A stretch of 64,000 nt of DNA. It comes from Lytechinus pictus (lineage: Eukaryota). Positions 50,331-63,840 of the stretch are shown piece after piece. Below the pieces are notes generated by a model, which saw only the letters and a program-made list of their open reading frames with translations, was not told the origin of the DNA and did no database searches. A program made the translations under genes and the position numbers. Location: NCBI RefSeq assembly GCF_037042905.1, contig NC_087245.1:16368001-16432000 (forward strand), written 5' to 3'. Within the stretch, counting starts at the first letter, position 1. The number at the start of each line of letters is the position of its first letter.

Positions 50331-50644
50331 CTATTTGCTGAGCCTGAGAGACTGGAGCGAGTGTATGTGCCGAATGTGAAATAAAGCCCAGATTAGAATC
50401 TTATGTATTTTCTTTCACTTCAGTCAGATCAATTGCAAATTGGGGAGATTGGGTACCCCTTTTCACCATTCGACTGGGAGTGTTTGAATTCAAAATATTT
50501 TTTTCGGGGGGGGGGGGGGGGGGATGGGGTACCGTGACGGCGTAAGTATGGTAACGTGTTTTGAAATTGAATTCGACATGCAAGCCAAAGTCATTTCATG
50601 ATAAGCCAGCACGTTCAATTGCGCATGACACGGGCACACTGGTC

Positions 50645-51092
50645 GAGGAGTTTTTCAACATTTTTATTTTTTCTCGTAGGGTAGGCCTAGCCCTAGGGCC
50701 TACACGGACGGCTCGCTATCAAGTATCATGCAGCAGGGGGTTAACAATGCAAAATCCCTCCGACGGGGCTCATCGATTTTTGACTTCATTTCATAAACAT
50801 AATATTTAAAAAGAACTAGGCTACCAAAATAAAAAATATTCTATTTTGGCCTGAAATGCACCAAAACAGGGAAAAATAAACTTAAAAGGGAAAAACAGTG
50901 ATTTCAGCTGTCGCGCAACTTCACTTCCCTGTCTTATCCGAACTTATTAAATACATAAACATATGGCCATTGAGTCCTTGTACAGATTGAGCTAGAAGTT
51001 GAACTTCCGGTCTCTGTATGTGGTGAGTGGAGCCAACGGAGTTCAGCGGAACAGCCAACATACATGTAACAGAGACCGAAGCTTTTGGTCTA
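50645..51092. mobile_element. Second, diverged copy of the 46401-46846 element, upstream of TAF5
   Basis: Collinear matches: gacggctcgctatc, acaatgcaaaatccc, gctgtcgcgcaacttcact, atacataaacatatggccattgagtcc, acagagaccgaagcttttggtcta. Confidence 0.8.
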
Positions 51093-51994
51093 ACTCGCCA
51101 CGTGCAATCGATTTCTGATGTGAACTCCAAAATAGGCCTACCCTTCAAAAAGTCAAAATTTTCCCTTAAAATACAGAATCTGAGCCATTTCCAGAGCTTG
51201 GCTCAAATTTGAGAAGCGGGTCCACTGATTAAAAAATTTCTAAAAATCGAACAGACCAAAATCTGTTGTTAAGAATGACTTAATGACTTGTAAGTTCACT
51301 TACAAGCTCGCAAATTTAGGATTGTATTTTGAAAATAACTTAAAAAAGAAAGAACTGAAAAACTAAGGAAAAAGGGCCTCACAGTGGCAAATTGTCCAGA
51401 GACTGTGTAATACGGATAGACCGTCCCCGACAGCGAATCAGAGACCGCTGATTGGTCAATCGCGCAGATCACGTCATGACTACGTGGTCGCCAAAATTAT
51501 GCCTCGGACTGCGAAAGTATCGATAACGATAAGATATCTAGTCACATTGTCTACGCCGGAATTGGTCTTGGTTCGTGATCGGATCGCTCCAGCATTGATT
51601 GAAAATTATCAAGACTCGGCAATTTCATGCATATTCACGAGATGCTCCGAAACCCGGAAATCAATTGTGACTTTGTGCACGTTTCGATAGACTACAAACT
51701 CCAACTAACACAATGTCATATCGAGGCTAATTTGTAAGCTTTGACTGAAAAGCAGGAAGTAATCGAAATTCGCTTACCTGTGCAGTATTGGCAAGAAAAT
51801 CCATGTAGATCCTCCGAGATATTCATCTTAAATATAGGAAAGTTAAATTCTAGGTCGATTTACTGCACACACTTTTTGGAATACTGTGTGGGGTAATGGA
51901 AGGCTTGCTATATTTTCATTCATAAATTGGCTCTCTGCAGTGGCTGGATGACGTCATGTAATAAGCAAAATGTACATGCCCGCTAGCGTTGAAC

Positions 51995-53403
51995 CAGGGC
52001 TCGATTTTAGCGGGAGCCCGGTGGCAAAAGGCTCCCTAAAACCTCTGCGGGCTCCTTAGAAAGTAATTGAAAAAGCCCGGTGGGCTCCCTAAGATTTTCT
52101 AGTATCAGCCACCAAAAAAGCAATTTCTTACCAGCACACTAATCCACGCTTTATAAGTCTAAATTATGTTTTCAAAATCATAAAAAACCTTGAAAATAGC
52201 GAAAATAGCGAGTTTCAAATTGCTTAGCTGCGTCTTTTTTTCTGTACCACGTTTTTCCACACACATGGTACCTATGGAAAAAAGAATCGTGCTACACCGG
52301 TGCGAGAAACAGTTGCATGTACAGGGGTCCATTATCATTTACGCCGTGTGTAATTTTCAATGCACACATTTCCCTTAGAGATATCACGATTCTGTGTCAT
52401 GTAGACATCGGCTCTGCTTGTCAAAAGGGCGCCTATTAACATCCAAAATAACTTACCTCGGTAGTGAATTATTCCTGAAAAATCATTTGTTTCATTTTTT
52501 CAAGGGAGGGGGTAAATATCAGACAGTAAATCATCAAACATGGCAACATCTGATTTTAGGAGGACGCCGGATTTTACTCACGCACGCACTGACACTTGTG
52601 CAAGTCGGAGCTCTCTCTCTCTGCCTGAGCTCTGGGGGACAATTCAGTCAGTAAAGGCCTCAATGATGGTGATTTTCTGTTTCAGATAGAGTTTACATTT
52701 CAGGTTTTTTTTTTTAAACTACCAATAAAGTTGGATGGTTTCTTCATTGTGATATATATTTAAGTTATTGATGAATACTTTTTCACCAAATTTAGACTCC
52801 CCTATAGAAAAATGCAATTTTCGTGGAGATCTGCGTTTTCAAAGAACTGCAGGAAAAGTTAGGGTATACATGCATGTACATGTAACATGTGCCTACATGT
52901 GACATACTTAGCCTGTGTGGTTTTTGTACTGATATAAACACAATATTTGGAGTAAAAATTAGATGATGAATTAATTTCTTTAACATATACATGTATATCC
53001 AAGTCCACCGCACAGTCACACCCACACAAACACACACCAACCCACATCCATGATTCAGCATGAAAAAAAAAAATCAATTTTGTTTATGTATTTAATTTGT
53101 TTCCTTTTTTGAATTTATTATTTTTTTTTGAGGGGGGGGGGGCATTAAAAATGAAAAAAAAAAGTCATTGACTTATGTGTTTGTGACCGGTGTCTAAGTG
53201 TGTTGGGGTGTCAAAATCTGATTTACCCTGAATAAATACAACTGGTATCGTGATGGTGTGCTTTAATATTTTAATAGGTAATGACCAGTATTATGCAAAA
53301 AAAAGGGATAAACTTGGGCTCCTTAAAACCCATGCGGGCTCCCTAAAAAAGTGCTTGAGGAGCCCGGCTGGCTCCCTAAGAAAAAAGTAAAGGTCAGGCC
53401 CTG
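51995..53403. mobile_element. 1.4-kb non-autonomous DNA transposon with CAGGG ends and 5-bp TSD
   Basis: cagggctcga...tcaggccctg; TGAAC on both sides; subterminal ggagcccgg/ggctccctaa repeats at both ends. Confidence 0.8.
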
Positions 53404-56400
53404 TGAACGCTACGCTATCTGTTCTATACAATTTGCAGCTGTGGGCCTAGCCAACCACGTTGAGATTGCACAGTAATCGAGTTGACTGCATGCTATAATG
53501 GCAATCATCCATTCGACATGGGGTCCAATTGTTGTGTGGGAGTGAATGGCCGCTGCAACTTTTGGGTTGCATATCGCATGAGGTACGTGCAGCGCAATTC
53601 GGTGGCACTTGCACACATGATGCGTTTTGTCGAACAGAGGGTGGGGGCTGTTGAATTGTGGCCGCAAAACGTGGTGATTCATTAAAAAAATTTATGGAAA
53701 ATTGAGATTGGTCAAAATAAACATTGCCATGAAATAGAGGCAAATGGGCCTATATTGATGCAAATTTGTATGAAATTTTAGAGTAAAAAAATAGTGCCAA
53801 AAAAAAACTTAACCTGTCAAATTCTTGACAGGTTACTCTATTCACAATCAGGATGGCATGTTCACACCCCTAACAATTGATTCTGATTTGGCAGGTCCCA
53901 TTTCAACTGTTTGACAAAGACGACAAAATTTGGGTTCGGAAAATTACCCTTTTTGGGGGTTTTCAGCATTATATCGAAATTAAGTCACAAGTCCATTCAC
54001 TGCCATTCATTTTGTCAGTGCTGGTGCACTGGTGACAGACTTTCCACTCCTCCACTCTTGTGTTGTGTTACTAACATAGTGAGCGCACATCGAGACAAGT
54101 TTATTACCAGTCTGCTATCTTTGACTGACTCACAGAAAGGAAAACCAGAGAATGATAGATTCAGTAGACCGAATCTATTTGGTTTTTACAGACAGTGACA
54201 CAAAGAAAGCTGACTGGTTTAAGGGCACGTTTTCTTGATTTTTTTTAAGCAAGTCTTCAGTGGGTTTAATTTAAAAAAAATTAGACCCCCAATTTTTTTT
54301 TTGAAGTGTTGATGAAAATCCATTAAGCAATTAAGAGTTATGAATTTTAACGTTTTCATTTTGTAAAGTTATTTATGCGTGCAGCCCCCCCCCCCCCCCA
54401 ATATCATAGATTTCAATTTTCTAATGGAAAATGACAAATATTTTTGTAGTAAGGGGGTATGAAATGATGTGCCTGATAGTTCCACCGCACAAATAAAATC
54501 ACTTTCAAATTTGTGAGAAAGTGGCATTTTGGGTAATTTATATCATGCAACACATGGAGGAGCTCCTTGTCTGTTACATCACCGAATCAACACTTTAAAA
54601 ATTCAAAACTCCACATGATAGATTTTCATCAAACCTTACACCCAATTTAATTAACCAATGACCAGATCTATATATTTAGCAAATATTGGTGGAAATAATT
54701 CAAAGGGAAATTCACTGTGGCAAGTTTGGATTCAAAGATACAAAGTACATGCTAACTATTACTAGTATTGGCAGAAGTTTGACCCTAAATCCATCAAAGA
54801 ATTATAACTTTTTTAATATGATATGTGTGTCACATGGGAGCAGCTAAATTTTATGACCCGAGTATGCAAAATATGTCTCTTATTTACAATTTCTTTGACA
54901 AATGTTGCCTTATTCAAACAAGATTTCTTGTTATCCCAAGAGATCGGTGGGTCACTGAGTCACTTGTATTTGTCCAAAGAGATTAGACCTTGGTGTATAC
55001 TGCTATAGAATTTTGACTTTGAATTCTGTTTACAAAGAAATGTTAGAATAAACATACTTACAAATTTGTTCTTTCTCTTTGTTTTATTTTTCATGCTCTT
55101 CAATCAATCTTGTATGTGCAACAGTGGCGCAAGAAACGTATGCGACGGTAAGTTACAGTCTAGTATATAATACATCAAGCCCATGTTAGGGATGAAGTTA
55201 TTTTTTCATTTCCAGGGGCTATTTGTCCAGTTATGTCCTTTTCACTTACATGTACAAGTGGTATGGAACTGGAAAGCAATTTACAGAGTGGAGTTAGCCA
55301 ACTTTTGCTGCTTCTTTTTTTTTTTTACATTTTGGTAACGGGACCTGTCATGGTCCCCTTTAAATGTTTCCTTGTCTCACTTTTCATGAGTACAGATTTT
55401 TTTGAAGTCAAAATCCTACGTAGACAAAATAATTTTGTCTTGGAATGAAATGGAAAATTTGATTAAAACGCCTTCATTTTAATAGCCAAATTCATAAAGT
55501 AACAGTTGGAAATATTGTATTATCATCTGAACTTCCTCTCATTATAATGGAAAACAAATGTCTGATCACTGAATAGCTGTACATTTTATAACAAAGTAGA
55601 AGAGAAAAAAGTAGTTTAGACTTTCCCAGTGACATTAATTTTCTTTTCTTGTCTTTCGAACAGCCTGAAGCGTAAGAGGAGAAAGATGCGTGCCAGGTCC
55701 AAGTAGACTGCCACCAGGAACGGCCACTCTTCCGGGCATCGCACTCTTGCTGTTGAGTAGGGACTTCAAATCATTCTTCACAATCTTCCTCACCATCCCA
55801 GAGTCTATACTTATGTGCATCAACACTCTTATCACCGCGAGGTCTTGTCTCATCCATGTAGACGTCCTTGGCTGCATCCTGTGTGAAATCAATTGGTTCT
55901 TCTGAAAGCTGTTGATGACCAGGCCTTTGTTGCTATGGATGGAAACATTGATAGACTTCATCATGCTATACAGACGCTCTCCCATTATTTTTGTTACAAC
56001 ATTCCATCTGAAAATCAAGATAATAACTCAATCTTCACCAAATTCATTCATTGTGCTAGATTGCTGTGCCCTTTGTGGTTGTTTTTATTGCATACTTTTA
56101 CATCTTTCACTCAAAAACTGTTGTGGTGTATCAGCCTGTAATAAATCTTCTCCATTATGTTTCAAAAGGAAACTTCTTTTATCTCATTTTTTAAGCCCTT
56201 CAGTCATCATTTGTTACCCTATAGAGGAAATGTAGGAGTTTGGTGGTATACAGGCAAAATTAATGTGGAATAAAAATGGCCCCAAGACTTTCCGACCAAC
56301 TGACCAATTTTCATGTTACAAGCATCCAAACGTTTTACTAATTTTCAAGGCCCTGTCCACGGAGGATTACTTTGTTGTTACTGGGGGGGGGGGGGGGCTG

Positions 56401-58906
56401 CTGAGCATTGTCACAGCCCCCCCCCCCCAGGAACAAATCCTCTGTGGCCAGGTCCATGCTAATTTTATTCAGAAATTACTCTTCTACCCCTCAGCTTCAG
56501 CCCTATGTGACATTGGAAATTGGTCTTCTGGCTTTGAGGCTATTGAACTGTGCCTTCTGGTAAACCAAGCTTGATCACAATTTTTGTTGTGAACTTTTAA
56601 GAGCAGGTGAACTGCATTGGCAGTCTTCCTTACCATCTGATATGGCAAGGCGATTAGATTCAAGCGAAAAAGTAGACGAAGCCAGAATAGGCCGTATCCT
56701 GTGTGGAATGTAGTTGGAGTGACAAGCATTTTTTTATGTGGGGGGGGGGGGGGGAAGCTGTTTGGAAGTTCTGCAAGATTTCACGAAAAACTGGAACATG
56801 TTCTTTGCATGCTAAATTGGTTATTTTAATTCCCTTCAGCTGAGAGTGAATTCTGGTTTCTCAAAGAAATGCAAAATCTGTTGATCAAATTTCAGCCAAA
56901 TTTTATTAGGGTTATGGGAATTTCACTCCCACCCTGTTCATACAGAAATAGGGAAATGTCTCACTTGCAAAGAAACAGGTAACCAGTCGAGTGAAGTCCT
57001 GTTGAACTTGGGAACAGCTTTATGAAATGGCCCCTGTATGTATGCCTTTGATTAGAACTTTGATGTGTGCATGGCAAATAAGCAGAGTCACTGATGTACT
57101 GGGTTTCTTACTTTGAATTACAATTTGTTTAGGGAATCCCGGGCAGGTATTCTGAAAATTATTCTCATTGTAAATATAACCGTGTCTAATGTTGTCTTGT
57201 GATTTGTCAAGTCAATATTTGACCCATTGACCAGCTCGCAAGTCAAAAGTAAACAGCCCATGGGGGGCCATGGAACTGCTCAGCCCCCTCCCTTATTTTT
57301 TTCCATTAACCATGTGCAAAACATGAAAATGACAAAATTATTCCATGTATGTTTAGCCTTCCACCCATTCTCATGCCGATGGCAGACTCCCTACGATTCT
57401 GATGATTGACAAAGATGATTAAGTGATTTTCAGGATACTGGCCCAGGTTATCAGAGTTATGGTCTTCAGACTTCACCAAAATTTTTAATCCAGTATGTTG
57501 TGTGAATGTTGATGTCTCAAGTTTTCTAGGAGGGAGACTGAAGAAGTGCATGGAACGTGTTTCCAAACGTTCGACAGTGAGTGAATACTATTGTATTTGT
57601 TTATATATGCTTTAACAAAAGCATAGTGTGCATAAAAGTTTTTGAAATTGTAATTTCCCCAATCTAATGCACACTTATGAAAAGGAATCGATATAAATCA
57701 AGAAAATTCGCAATAAAAAGGGTTGGGTATGTAAAGTTGAATGAGGTTTCTTGTCCGGGCCCCGTTCATAATTTCCAAATGTACAAGAATGAACTCAGGA
57801 GTACACATTTAAAACTCGAGAACCTTCAAAGAAAAAAATGTTCATGTGCTGAATATCTCCGATTGTGATGGAAACATGAGGCCAACTAAGACAAATGAAG
57901 AAGCCCCTATTCGAAAATTTACTGATTTTTATTCCTCTGTTCCTCTGATCGAGTGCAGATGGGTTATTGCCAAAGGAAGTTCGTGTTATGAAGAGTATAG
58001 GGAGCTGTACCCGCATAAATATGTAAATCTCAAATGGGGGGGGGGGGGGGAGCCGGGGGCAATAGGTAGCGGTACTGAAGTGAGTCAAAACAATTGAGGG
58101 GGCACAACATTGCGCATGCGGCAACACCTTACGACTTGCCCACGATCCGATTTTGGAACAAATCACATTTTGCTCAAGAAAATGTTAATTGAAGTCAATG
58201 TAATATTGGCCTGGTTCTAAGGTTAAAAGTTCGGAACCAGGCCAATAATACATTGACTTCACTGTGGCCAAATATGTATTCATGAGATCAAATCTCGGGT
58301 CCCCATGGACCGATTCGCACCAAATTTTGGCAGTGGGGCATTTCATCAAGCTCTACCAAAATATGGTATCAAAAATGCTGAAATGGAAAATTGATGACGT
58401 CACACTTTGGTACTCTATTTAATCCGCTTTTATTCTAGGAAGGCTGAAAACATACAGATTTGAACATAAGAATAAGTACGATGATTTAGAACATTACACA
58501 GTAAGACATTCCATGTTTCAACATAAGTATCAAATTCTATTACGTTTTATTCCAAAATCAAGTCGCCGACAAATCGTAAAGTGTGCAGTGACCTTAAGAG
58601 GTTGCAAGCGAGCGATGAAATGTATTGGTCTTTTTAAAAATGAGATCTAATTTTGTGGAATTTTTTTTTGACGTCATAGTTCACATCACTTTTCTCCTTT
58701 AATTCTTGGCTGTGGAACCTTTTTTTTCCCTATTTTTTAACCCAATCTGTACCCCAGTGGCAATAGGTCCTACGACTTGAAGGTGATCTATTGGGTTTTT
58801 TTTTTTTTTTGAAAAAAAAAACTTTCAGGGTTTACCTAACCTTTCGCATTTACCGAGTCCCCCCATGCTCTCATGGAGATATTCTTTTCAGAATGGGGAG
58901 CATTAA

Positions 58907-59153
58907 AGGGGTACGGCTGAATATATCTAAATAAATAGAGTACAATCCACAAAGCAAAATGCTGACAATTTCGTCATAATTGGATAACAAATAAAGTTAT
59001 TGTATTATTCCGGTGAAACAATTCTAGGCATGTCTTCATGAATCGTAGGGATTCAATAACTTTGTTATTTCTTATCCAATTTGGGTGAAGTTTTCAGCAT
59101 TTTGCTCTGTGAATTTTACTCTATGTTAAATATCATCAGCCCAGAGCATCCCT
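58907..59153. mobile_element. Degenerate, internally deleted member of the 28660 TTAA-MITE family
   Basis: ttaa|agggg...ccct|ttaa; shares aataaatagagta, agcaaaatgc, ggataacaaataa and gcattttgctc.gtgaatt.tactctat. Confidence 0.8.
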
Positions 59154-59723
59154 TTAACAGATATGTCTGATTTTCACCGACTAATTCGCTCTCGGCCAAT
59201 CAGAAGATATCCTCAGTAGCTTGTAACATTTGTCGGTGAAAATCACCGACGGAAATATATACATGTAGGCCTATACAACTCTACAGATAAGTGCCCTTGA
59301 ATTGTTTGAAAGATCATGGGGGTCGTATATACTGCCAGATTATTCCCTGTCTGCCATGCATTGTCGTAATCCCTATGCAATTTTTTTCCTAGGGTGGGGG
59401 GAGACGCATAAAAACTTTCAAAGAAAAGAGCATGAAAACGAGTGAGCATATCAGCGACCAAGCTTGTTATTGGGTTGCTTTTGCATTTTTAATTTAAAAT
59501 TAGAGGATTTCATGCACACTTTTAGTAAAGTTTGTAAAAAAGGAAATCCAGAAAAAATGGTTAGTTTTCAAAGATTTGGTGGAAAAGTGCATTGCCCCTT
59601 CCCCGCTGCGTTCGGCCATCCTGGCTGCAATTCATGAACCGATGAAAAAACGTTTGTAATTTCAGGTTGAATGATTTACCAAAGAATAACATTAATTGAG
59701 TGGTAAATGTGACCTCATGGGAT

Positions 59724-61071
59724 CAACCGCGTAGCCAGGATTTCATTTTGGAGGGGGCGGTAAATGCCCGCGAAGCGTGCCAACACTTACAGAGCGCGCG
59801 AAGCGCGCTTCCTAGGGGGTGGGTGCAGGGTGTTTCATATATCAAAATGAAAAAGAGCCGTCTCTCTTGTCTCTAGTACCTATTTCAGCTCCAATTCAGT
59901 TGACTATATTGTGATTTTGAACCTTGTTTTCAAAAGTGATTGTGAACGCACAAAAAAGGAATAGAATGGAGGAAATTAAAATAATAAACCTGCGCGGAAG
60001 CTAAAGCGTTTTATCAATTTTTTTTGCCATGAAAAGGGTCCCGAGAAAACGGTATTCTCAAAGATATATTGAATACTTCCCTTGGAAAGATCAGATTTGA
60101 TTACAAACAATTTAGCGACAGTGCATATCTTTAACTCGCAAAACAGAGGAGAAGAAGTGCATATGCCGTGAGGAAGATATTCCTCCCCGCGCAGAGCAAT
60201 GAAACTCTGAAATTTCAAAGGGCAGACGTTTCATCAAATGCAGATATCTCTAATACCCCATCGGCTCTAATTCAATTGATTTTCTAAGACTATTGAACTT
60301 CATTACAAGGAAAATAGTGCGCAATAAGTTGAAACTTCTGTGATTTATTGAAATTATATGAAAAAGGATGCCTAATTTCTTTGACTTATCCTGAAGCGCT
60401 TCATTTTGAATTGTAAAGAAACTTAAGTGTCATTCAAAATTTCAAACTGAGGGCGCAAAACAGGACAGGAGATGAATGTGCAAGGAAATGACATGAAGAA
60501 TTTGATAAAAAAATATTGTACCTTTTTATTTAATACGACACGAATTTTATACCTTCCTCTTTTTAAATTAGGAACCTGTTTACCCCAAAATTATGGTTGT
60601 TTAGTAATGAGCTGAAAAGCGGGAGAAGTTGACTTTATGGAGGTGACGGCAGAAATTGAAAATTTTACCCGCCCGGAGCCAACCCGACCAGAAGTTGCGC
60701 GATCAATTAAAAAAGATGATTTCATATACTTCGGCCCAACCTAACTCTTATTCCATGCCCTAATATATACATTTAAACTTTAACTAGCAAGAAACACATA
60801 TAGCTGAGGTGGAAAAACAGGGTTAGAGAAAGGGTGGGGAAAACAATGGAGAACTTCAATATTGTCATTTTACCGCGCGCAGCGCGGAAGCAAAATTCAT
60901 ATATAAATTTAGAGCAAGAGTGAAGGAGTTTCTCTTTTGAGAGAAAAAAAGAAAAAAATACACAAAGCTACCTTTCCTCCCTTCCCTTTTCCTTTCTCTC
61001 TTTTTTCCCTTCTTTTTTTTTTCTTTTTGGGGACGTTTTGGGGGGCGACCGCCCCCCTGGCTACGCGCCTG
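59724..61071. mobile_element. 1.35-kb hAT-like non-autonomous element
   Basis: TIR caaccgcgtagccagg / cctggctacgcgcctg; perfect 8-bp TSD CATGGGAT; gcgcgaagcgcg subterminal motifs. Confidence 0.88.
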
Positions 61072-62439
61072 CATGGGATCAAGGATTCAAAAGCCCTAAT
61101 TTTTTTATAATGTTTATAAGTTTATATGTAAAAAATGAATCAAATCTTCTTGAAGAGACTATTAGACCTTTTTTATCAATCAACACAATTAATGCTGTAA
61201 CACGCCAGCTACGGCAAAGGAATTATAAGTCTGGCAGCATCACAGGTAAAACAAATATCCATCCGAAGCACATTTTCATGGATAAATATCACTGGCTTAC
61301 AGAAGGGGGGGGGGGGTTGGAACCCATGCCCCCATATAAAAAAAAATGTAATAATAATAAATATAAATAAAACAGCAAGTTCCACGATCAAGGGGAAAAA
61401 GGCAAGGGAAAAGAAAAAAGGGAAAACAAAGGGTATATAGTAATTAAGACGTACGCGATATTAGTTTCTGAATGTTGTGGTTGTATGTCAAAGTTAGATT
61501 TTCATTTAAACGGCCAAAATATTTGCTCGCTGGGACAAATTTTAATTGTGCTTCTCTACGGGGGGCATGGGCCGGCTTTGCCACCCCCCTGGATCCGTCA
61601 GTGATTGTATCAATACTAATTAATGTCCTCTCCGACGAGGCGATGACGACCATGTCTTGCCCAAAACATTATAATTATTGTCACTGCCAAAATTAAGCCC
61701 CTCCCATTCCATTTTGAAAATGTCAATCCCGTCGGCTTCCTGACTTAAATGTCTCTAATAAAAGTATGATTTTAATTAACTGTTTTTCTCTTTCATGAGA
61801 TAAAGGTACATATGTGTCACTGGGCCATACAATTCAAGGTTCGATATCAGCCCTTTTCCTGGACCTAAGCCCATCTGTTTTCGACGCAGATGCAAATACG
61901 TCATAATGTGACACGGTCTGCTAACCATCCGGGTAATCTCGAGTGATTGATTTTGTAGAAGGAATACCATTTCCCGTTTTCCACCGTAACCTCTATTTCT
62001 CCATTTACTTTATATACCCAGGTTTTGAAATATATACCCAGTGGCTTAATAAGGCCAAAAAAAAAAGAAAAATGAGGGGACCCAGTTTGGATACAGCATG
62101 ACTTCTGATGAATTGCGAGAGATTGAAGCGAGCGAGCAGATGTTTTGGCATTTTTAAATATTCGGTCATAGAACGCTGCAGAACAGCTATTTCTCAAATT
62201 GACCAGAGTAAAAGAATGGAACTTTATAGATTTTAATTAAGAATACAGTGTCAGTATAAGATTATTTTCTTTTTTATTGAAAAATTTGAAGGGTTTAGCC
62301 CCAACCCACCCAATAAAGTGAGAGCACCGCAAGTTCATGAATGACTGTTTATTCAACTTTGGTAGATAGAACTCCTGTGTTAACGGATGTTTTGTCATGC
62401 GTAGGCCGAGTAGATCACCCTTTTTCATGTTGTTAAGAT

Positions 62440-62741
62440 CAGGGGCGGATCCAGGATTTTAGAAAGGGGGGGGGCACATTTTTTCGAGGAAAATTCGGCA
62501 AGCAAAAGAAAGGTTCTTAACCAAGAATTAATATTTCGTCCTCAATAAGTTTGACAAGCAAAAAAAAATATTAAAAAGTAAATAAAACAAGGTCTTCATT
62601 TTCAAAAGAGGGGGCACACTTCAATTTTAACGGTATTTTTTCTTTACATTACAAATTTTAATTTTGCTTCTCAAGGGGGGGGGCACGGGCCGGCTGTGCT
62701 TCCCACCCCCCCCCCCCTACCCCACCCTGGATCCGCCAGTG
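62440..62741. mobile_element. hAT-like MITE
   Basis: TIR caggggcggatccagg / cctggatccgccagtg; perfect 8-bp TSD GTTAAGAT. Confidence 0.9.
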
Positions 62742-63822
62742 GTTAAGATTACATGGGATGTGAATCTGACACATCCGGTAAATAATATTGAAAATTAGAT
62801 TTTCAATGACTTCCTTCGCTTACTCAATGAAGAAACGCATCACCACCTTTTTTTTTTTTAAAGTAACTAATTCGGTCATCACTCACTAACCAGTTTTGAG
62901 TCGGGGAATGGTTCATGTATTTCCAGAAGTCAACAATCATGTTACTTGAGTGTGTAGTGACTTGACTATATCTATATCTACATCTATATATTCTTTCCTT
63001 GTATATATTTTCATTTATATTTCTACATTCTGTATATGTATATAAATTCTTTCTTTTATTTCCAATTTCATATATTCTCACTTGTTCACGCCATGTGTAT
63101 GTACCACAATACTCTACATTCACAGAACAAGGCAATTCATTTCCTGCCCAGATCTACTTGGCAAACACATTCTTATATTGAGAAACAACCTTTCTTTTGT
63201 TCCTAGACTTGGAGCAAACATCCTTTCATTGTTCCTTGTTTATTGCAATGAACTTGCAGGTATATACAACATCACTACAGAGATGCTGGCATGTTTGCTT
63301 TTCTCACAGTCTGCTTCTCTCTTCTTTGTTCTTTTCAACTTTGTTTTGCCCCTCTTTTTGGCGCTTATTTTTTTGTCTCATCTTTTCTGATGTTGGTAAA
63401 AACAACTTGTTTTCTCTACCACATCATCACTCTACTCTCTGCCTTCGTCCTGTCCACTCATGCTGACCATCTCATCCAGCTGCTAGTGAGGATTGAATCA
63501 AATCTTGTGGAGGATCAACTTATACTTAATTATTTCTCTGCATTTTCCAATCTTATTCCTTACCGTCACTTCCACTCATTCGAAGTCTATATTCTCTGCA
63601 TATTTAATGAGCTCATTACTTCGCGAGACATTTTGTGACATCTGTCCCTTTTTCTACTCTATTTGAAATTGTGAAGTGTATATATTTCTATTCACGGATT
63701 TGTGCAATTTATCTGAGATTCTGAGCGGCTGGATCCCATTCTATCTTCTGGCGAGCAAGAATTAAGGTAGGACCTAACTTTTATATAAATATTAGGAGAT
63801 CGGCTTTGCCAATTTCCTAAAC

Positions 63823-63840
63823 TGGTGACCCCGACGTGAT
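63823..63840 (+). mobile_element. Primer-binding site (tRNA-Trp) of an LTR retrotransposon, probably Gypsy, continuing past the window
   Basis: TGGTGACCCCGACGTGAT is the 18-nt reverse complement of the 3' end of eukaryotic tRNA-Trp (...AUCACGUCGGGGUCACCA); candidate gag ATG at 63970 (MTIRNVSFTP...). Confidence 0.8.

Noticed and set aside
53810-53835. Palindrome taacctgtcaa-attc-ttgacaggtta as a regulatory site
   Set aside because: Short and isolated in a MITE-rich region, with no supporting context.
61290-61603. Another hAT-like MITE (cactggc...cgtcagtg)
   Set aside because: The TIR is weak and there is no matching TSD, so boundaries cannot be supported.
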